The notes beneath the pieces are model-generated. The model ran no database searches. It saw nothing but the letters and a program-made list of their open reading frames with translations, and was not told the origin of the DNA. A stretch of DNA of 64,000 nt, taken from an uncultured Verrucomicrobiae bacterium (lineage in GTDB: Bacteria > Verrucomicrobiota > Verrucomicrobiia > Chthoniobacterales > UBA10450). Positions 57,987 through 64,000 of the stretch are shown in pieces (the first letter of the stretch is position 1; each line of letters begins with the position of its first letter). The stretch spans positions 1,085 to 65,084 of the forward strand of contig CAVUMF010000008.1 in assembly GCA_963742545.1 (NCBI GenBank), given 5' to 3'. The translations under genes and the position numbers were made by a program.

Positions 57987-58810
57987 TGATCTTTCTTTTG
58001 GATTTCTCGCATCAGCTTATTCACGCTCTGGTTCAGCTTGGTCACCTCGGCGAGCGAGAGGCTTTGGCCGAAGGGTTTGGCCACGAGCTGTTCGATCTCG
58101 CCGAGTTGGGCATCCACGCTTTTCACGAGCGGATCGTTCTGCATCTCGGGGGAAATCTGCCCGATCTTCGCACGCATGAAGCGGAGCAGTTCCGGCTGAC
58201 GCAGGATCTGTCCGAGCTTCTCGTCATAGTTTTTCTCGATCAGGCCCCCCACCACCTGCGTGCCGCGGATCCAACCGCCCAGACTAACGAGGATCACGAG
58301 ATCCTGATCGCGGTGCGATTGCATCGAGGCTTTGACCTCGTTTTGGGTCGCCTCGAGTTCCTCCTGGAGGGTCGCCCATTCGTTATTCTCCGCGAATTGA
58401 TTGATGCTGCTCCCGCGCGCCAGGATGTTTTCGCTCACGCCGAGGGCTTTCGCCATTTTCATAACGTCGCCGCCGATGTTTTTTACCTGTTGCGTATCCT
58501 GGGCCTCAACCGCGATAAAGCCGTCGGCGATCAAGCCGCCAAGGTTGAGCGCGATCTGCGCGCGGGTCTTGTAGTTCATCGCGATCGGTCCGCGATAACG
58601 CGAGGCCCAATCCGGTGGCGCCGGTTTGGCGAGCGCGGCGAAAAGCTCACCTGGTGTCGGGATGGTCACTTCGTCTGTCTTAACCGCCTGCGACATCTGC
58701 TCGGCAGAAAGACTCGCCGGAGTCGGCGATGGAGTGGCCGTGGGCGCGGCAAAGGCCGCGCCGCTCAGCAACTGCAACAGGATGATCCCAGCCCCGGTCC
58801 GCACGAACAT
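57983..58810 (-). CDS. hypothetical secreted protein
   Basis: 275-aa ORF with signal peptide IILLQLLSGAAFA, mostly helical. Overlaps the next gene by 4 nt. Confidence 0.5.
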   Translation of the reverse strand: MFVRTGAGIILLQLLSGAAFAAPTATPSPTPASLSAEQMSQAVKTDEVTIPTPGELFAALAKPAPPDWASRYRGPIAMNYKTRAQIALNLGGLIADGFIAVEAQDTQQVKNIGGDVMKMAKALGVSENILARGSSINQFAENNEWATLQEELEATQNEVKASMQSHRDQDLVILVSLGGWIRGTQVVGGLIEKNYDEKLGQILRQPELLRFMRAKIGQISPEMQNDPLVKSVDAQLGEIEQLVAKPFGQSLSLAEVTKLNQSVNKLMREIQKKDQ

Positions 58811-59055
58811 GCCCGCAGATTAACCACGCCGCAGGGCAATGCCAGCGGGAAATCCAATCCACCGCAGCCAGCTACGGCGCCACTGCACGCACTGACTGGA
58901 ACGAGTTGGCTACCGGGACGGGTTCGATCATTTGTAGCCTGGCCGCGAGGGAGCGTATCCTTCCGGAGAGACTCACCACGGCGAATTCAGTCTGTTCGCC
59001 AAGAGCTCGCCCGGAGCGAGAAAGAGGCGTTGCGCCGTGTGCAAATCGCGACTAA

Positions 59056-60350
<1,295 letters not shown>

Positions 60351-60351
<1 letters not shown>

Positions 60352-60716
60352 TGGACGCCACCGGCTACGGCGATTTTCGCGCGCGACGCGAGGCCACCAT
60401 CTGGCAGCGGATGAATCACGTTTTGCGCGTGCTTCTTTTCCTTGCGATCTGGCTGCTCATTATCAGCTTCTTCCTCCCTCCCTACAAAAAACTGAATCAA
60501 AGCCGGGCCGAGATTGAGCAATTGCAGGCCCAATTGACCGAGCAAAAAACACTCCTCGCGCGCCAGACCAAAGAGGTCACGCTCCTGAAATCGGATCCGA
60601 CCTATTTGGAAACGATCGCGCGCGACAAGCTCGATTTGATGAAGGAAGGCGAAACCATCTTTCGCCTCGAAGCACGGCGGTCTGACGCACAACCTCCCGC
60701 GAAGCCGCAGCCGTGA
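60351..60716 (+). CDS. ftsB: FtsB/DivIC family septum formation initiator
   Basis: Single TM helix followed by a coiled coil, and DPTYLETIARDKLDLMKEGETIF. GTG start overlapping the eno stop. Confidence 0.7.
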
Positions 60717-60877
60717 GGTGGACGTTGCGCGCAGGGTAGCGCAAGCTTCCAGCTTGCCAGTTAACGTTTCCGCGCGAGCGGGGAAACTCGCGCGACCCCG
60801 TTTGTCGTTACGGGCGACAGTCAGGGATGGGCTGACACGCACACCTACGACGGAGAACGGCCGGGCAAGCAGGCGCT

Positions 60878-61723
60878 TTATTCGGAGAGATCGACCTTCA
60901 ATCCGTCGTAGGCAAGGCCGACGTACGGTGGCAGCTCACTCTCCGCGCTCTGCGGCAGCTCGTGGCAAATATGGGTGAAAAGAGTCCGGGTCGGCCGCAC
61001 GCGCCCTGCGACCTCGAGCGCTTGGTCAACGCTCAAGTGGGTCGGATGCGGCTTGTGCCTCAGGGCATCGACCACGAGCAGCTGCACGCCTTCAATCTGG
61101 CGCGCGATGTGGTCTGGCACGGCGCTGCAATCGCTCAGGTAGGCGAGGAGTCTGCGGCCGTCGCGGGCAAAGAGGTAACCGTAGGTTTCGGAGCTTCCAT
61201 GTGGCACGGGAAGCGGCGTGACGTGGGTGTCGCCTAACGAAAATGGCCCGGAAATAATGTGCGGCTCCGGTTTCAAATATCCCGGCCAGGGGCTCGGTGT
61301 TTTGAAGGCGAATTCGTAGACGCGTTCCAAGTTCGCCATCGTTTCGGCCGAGGCGTAGACCGGCATCCGCCCGTCGCGTGGCGCGGCGAATCGCCGCAAG
61401 TCGTCGAAACCCATGACGTGATCGGTATGTGCGTGGGTCATGATCGCGGCGTCGACCTGCCAGATGTTTTCACGCAGGCATTGGGTGCGAAAGTCCGTTC
61501 CCGTATCGACGACATATGCGCCTTCGGGTGTTTCGAGGTAGATCGAAGCACGGGTGCGATTGTCGCGCGGATCGGTCGAATGGCAGACCGGGCAGTTGCA
61601 ACGAATCATCGGCACGCCCTGCGAGGTCCCGGTCCCGAGAAAGGTCAGGCGAAGCTGCGAATTCGCGGCCAGTTGAGAGTTGGGGGTTGAGAGTTGAGAG
61701 TCGGAGGCGTTCAGAGACTCCAT
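60878..61723 (-). CDS. MBL-fold metallo-hydrolase (PhnP-like)
   Basis: LTFLGTGTSQGVP..C.C..C and HAHTDH motifs. The first ~24 codons are encoded by a heptamer-repeat hairpin arm. Confidence 0.75.
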   Translation of the reverse strand: MESLNASDSQLSTPNSQLAANSQLRLTFLGTGTSQGVPMIRCNCPVCHSTDPRDNRTRASIYLETPEGAYVVDTGTDFRTQCLRENIWQVDAAIMTHAHTDHVMGFDDLRRFAAPRDGRMPVYASAETMANLERVYEFAFKTPSPWPGYLKPEPHIISGPFSLGDTHVTPLPVPHGSSETYGYLFARDGRRLLAYLSDCSAVPDHIARQIEGVQLLVVDALRHKPHPTHLSVDQALEVAGRVRPTRTLFTHICHELPQSAESELPPYVGLAYDGLKVDLSE

Positions 61724-61752
61724 CTCTCAACTCTCAACCCTCAAGTCTCAAC
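61672..61752. repeat. hairpin whose arms are tandem heptamers (GTTGAGA)n / (TCTCAAC)n
   Basis: Left arm gttgagagttgggggttgagagttgagag (61672-61700), right arm ctctcaactctcaaccctcaagtctcaac (61724-61752). The loop contains the ATG of the minus-strand MBL gene. Confidence 0.8.
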
Positions 61753-61756
61753 TCCT

Positions 61757-63409
61757 GTGTTGCTCAGTTTGCTCCGAATCAAGAACCTCGCTTTGGTCGA
61801 GGATCTGGAGTGGGAGCTGACGGCCGGCTTCACCGCCATCACGGGAGAAACCGGAGCCGGCAAATCGATCATCATCGGCGCGCTCAAGTTGCTGCTCGGC
61901 GAGCGGGCGGATAAATCGCTCATTCGCACCGGAGCAGAGTCATGCACGGTCGAAGCCATTTTTGTGGCCGAGGATTTTTCCGGACTCAACCGGTGTCTCG
62001 CGGAAGGGGGCGTAGAACCGGCGGAGGGCGAGCTGATCTTGAAGCGCAGCTTTTCGTTAGGCGGAAGCAACCGGCAGTTTGTCAACGGTTCGCCCACGAC
62101 GCTCGCATTTCTGAAAATGATCGGCGACGAGCTGGTCGATCTGCACGGACCGCACGATCATCAATCCCTCCTCTCGCCGGAGCGGCAGCTGGATTTGCTC
62201 GATGGCTTCGCCCATGCAGAAAGGGAACGGCGGGAGTACCAGCAAGCCTACCGGCGTTTGCAAACTCTGGTGGCGGAGGAAGCGGCGCTGAGCGCGGCGG
62301 AATCAGCCCGCGAACAGGAACTCGACCTGTTGCGCCACCAGGCGACTGAAATTGCCGCGGCCAAACTTCAGCCTAACGAGGAGGAAGAGATCGTAGCGCG
62401 CTACAAACTGGCGAGCAACAGCCGGCGCCTGATCGAGCTGGCGACAACGATTTCACGGCAACTTTCCGAAGTGGAGAACGCAGTGCTAAACCAGCTCGCG
62501 GAGACCCAGCGGCTCTTCCGGGAGTTGGAGAAGATCGACTCCGGCCTGGCGGAAACTTCCGCTGCTCATGCCGGCGCGGTCGTCGAATTGACGGAAGTGG
62601 CGCGAACCCTCGATCGTTATGCCGAACGGCTCGATCTTGATCCGGAGCAGCTCGCGCAACTCGAGCAGCGGATCACTTTGCTCGAAACGCTCAAGCGCAA
62701 ATACGGCGCGACCATTCCGGAGGTGATCGACTTCAGCGAGCGGATCGCGGAACGGATGCGCAAGATCGAGGGACGCGACACCGAGTTGAAACGGCTGGGT
62801 GCCGAGATCAGCCAGACACACGCTACGCTCGAACGGACAGCGACGGCGTTGCGCAGAGCGCGCACGAAAGTGGCGCCCAAACTGGCCGCGACCGTCGGGC
62901 GAAACCTGGCGGACCTCGGATTTCGCCAGGCGAAGTTTGAAGCCAGCCTAACGCCTAACGACGAGCCTCGACCTCTCGGGACTGATTCGCTTGAGCTGCT
63001 CTTCTCGCCTAATCCCGGGGAGCCGCTCAAGCCGCTGCGCCAAATTGCTTCGAGCGGCGAAATCTCGCGCCTGATGCTCGCGATCAAATCGGCGCTCGCC
63101 GCGCAGGACGCGATTCCGCTTCTCGTCTTCGACGAAATCGACGCCAACGTCGGAGGCGAGATCGCGAATGCGGTGGGAGCGAAGATGCGGACACTGGCGG
63201 AGAAACATCAGGTAATCTGCATCACGCACCTGCCACAGGTGGCCGCGGGCGCGACGACGCAATTTGTCGTCACGAAAGAAGTGGCGAGCGGCCGCACGTT
63301 TTCCGAACTCCGTGAGGTGAAAGGCAAAACGCGCCAGGAAGAAATCGCGCGGATGCTCGGCGGCCAGAGCGAATCGGCACTCAAACACGCCGCGACGTTG
63401 CTCCAGTAA
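61757..63409 (+). CDS. recN: DNA repair protein RecN
   Basis: LLSLLRIKNLALVEDLEW start, Walker A GETGAGKS, long coiled coil, C-terminal SGGEISRLMLA and LVFDEIDANVGG. GTG start chosen at 61757. Confidence 0.9.
   Translation: MLLSLLRIKNLALVEDLEWELTAGFTAITGETGAGKSIIIGALKLLLGERADKSLIRTGAESCTVEAIFVAEDFSGLNRCLAEGGVEPAEGELILKRSFSLGGSNRQFVNGSPTTLAFLKMIGDELVDLHGPHDHQSLLSPERQLDLLDGFAHAERERREYQQAYRRLQTLVAEEAALSAAESAREQELDLLRHQATEIAAAKLQPNEEEEIVARYKLASNSRRLIELATTISRQLSEVENAVLNQLAETQRLFRELEKIDSGLAETSAAHAGAVVELTEVARTLDRYAERLDLDPEQLAQLEQRITLLETLKRKYGATIPEVIDFSERIAERMRKIEGRDTELKRLGAEISQTHATLERTATALRRARTKVAPKLAATVGRNLADLGFRQAKFEASLTPNDEPRPLGTDSLELLFSPNPGEPLKPLRQIASSGEISRLMLAIKSALAAQDAIPLLVFDEIDANVGGEIANAVGAKMRTLAEKHQVICITHLPQVAAGATTQFVVTKEVASGRTFSELREVKGKTRQEEIARMLGGQSESALKHAATLLQ
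62946..62960 (+). repeat. two overlapping copies of the over-represented word GCCTAACG
   Basis: GCCTAACGCCTAACGA inside recN, encoding S-L-T-P-N-D. Confidence 0.9.
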
Positions 63410-63491
63410 AGCCGTTGGAAACCAGGGGTTTCCCGGGAGGAATGGAACAGGCCCTGCTTGAAGAAGAGCGCAATCCCGCACTGCGTCTTGG

Positions 63492-64000
63492 ATGAAAAGC
63501 AAATTTACGCCAATAACTAGCGCAATAGGGATTAGGAGCGCCGATTGGTGCACGAATTTCGATAACAGGCCGCTGTCAGCTGATCGGGCGGATGAATTGT
63601 TCCTGCAACGGCAGGAGGAAGTGTACCGCGAGACGGATCAGATTTTCGTCCGCCTCCTGCTTCTGGAGTGGATTGTCCTGGTGATCGCCGCGCTGGTCGT
63701 CGCACCGGGAAACTGGGGCGCTCAGGCCGATCGCATCGATTTGCAGGCTTGGGTGGCGATCATTTTAGCTGGAACGGTCACGTTGGCGTCGGTGGCCTTG
63801 GCGCGGCTCCGGCCTGGGGCCGCCATCACTCGTTACACCATTGCGGGAGCTCAGATGCTGCTCTCGGGTTTGCTCGTCAAGCTGAGCGGCGGTCAACCGG
63901 AAACCCGCTTTGACGTCTTCTGCTCGCTTATCATTCTCTCGTTTTACCGTGACTGGCGGGTGCTGGTGCTGGCCACACTGGTCGGAGCGATGGATCACTT
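63492..64000 (+). CDS. membrane sensor protein, N-terminal part (probable histidine kinase; runs off the window)
   Basis: My translation from ATG 63492: MKSKFTPITSAIG...QIFVRLLLLEWIVLVIAALVV...FDVFCSLIILSFYRDWRVLVLATLVGAMDH. It has several TM helices and no stop before 64000. It is absent from the ORF track because it is open-ended. Confidence 0.5.
   Translation, partial: MKSKFTPITSAIGIRSADWCTNFDNRPLSADRADELFLQRQEEVYRETDQIFVRLLLLEWIVLVIAALVVAPGNWGAQADRIDLQAWVAIILAGTVTLASVALARLRPGAAITRYTIAGAQMLLSGLLVKLSGGQPETRFDVFCSLIILSFYRDWRVLVLATLVGAMDH

Overview
High-GC (about 60% by eye) bacterial chromosomal segment. The gene content (PEP-CTERM protein, autotransporter-associated beta-strand-repeat protein, GxxExxY/PDDEXK_3 protein, DUF5069, Tricorn-like protease) suggests a Verrucomicrobiota-like organism; this is inference, not a search result. 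Positions 1-31.6 kb are a mosaic of accessory genes: hydrolases, transporters, Dps, a surface beta-strand-repeat protein, an RHS-core polymorphic toxin with a putative immunity gene, an IS5-type transposase remnant, a class A beta-lactamase and a Tricorn-like protease. At least six of these genes are broken by single-base frameshifts or by a 425-bp tandem duplication. Positions 31.6-64 kb are intact housekeeping genes. They include a complex I cluster (nuoD, lipoprotein, fused nuoE-nuoF, GxxExxY gene, nuoG-H-I-J-K-L-M-N) with no nuoABC at this locus, then fabD, ispD, a GT9 heptosyltransferase, an ABC exporter, eno, ftsB, recN and the start of a membrane sensor protein. Three observations stand out. 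(1) The 9-mer GCCTAACGA/TCGTTAGGC occurs 23 times (the 8-mer GCCTAACG 24 times) against a rough expectation of 2-3 for the 8-mer and below 1 for the 9-mer. It appears in both orientations, is often written with the rare TTA codon, and is absent from the 12.4-31.6 kb accessory block. (2) The RHS-type toxin gene has an unrecognised C-terminal domain and is split by a 98%-identical 425-bp tandem duplication; removing one copy restores a single 818-codon frame. (3) Large imperfect palindromes and hairpins with arms built from tandem heptamers/octamers occupy operon spacers and divergent promoter regions. No rRNA, tRNA or CRISPR array was found.
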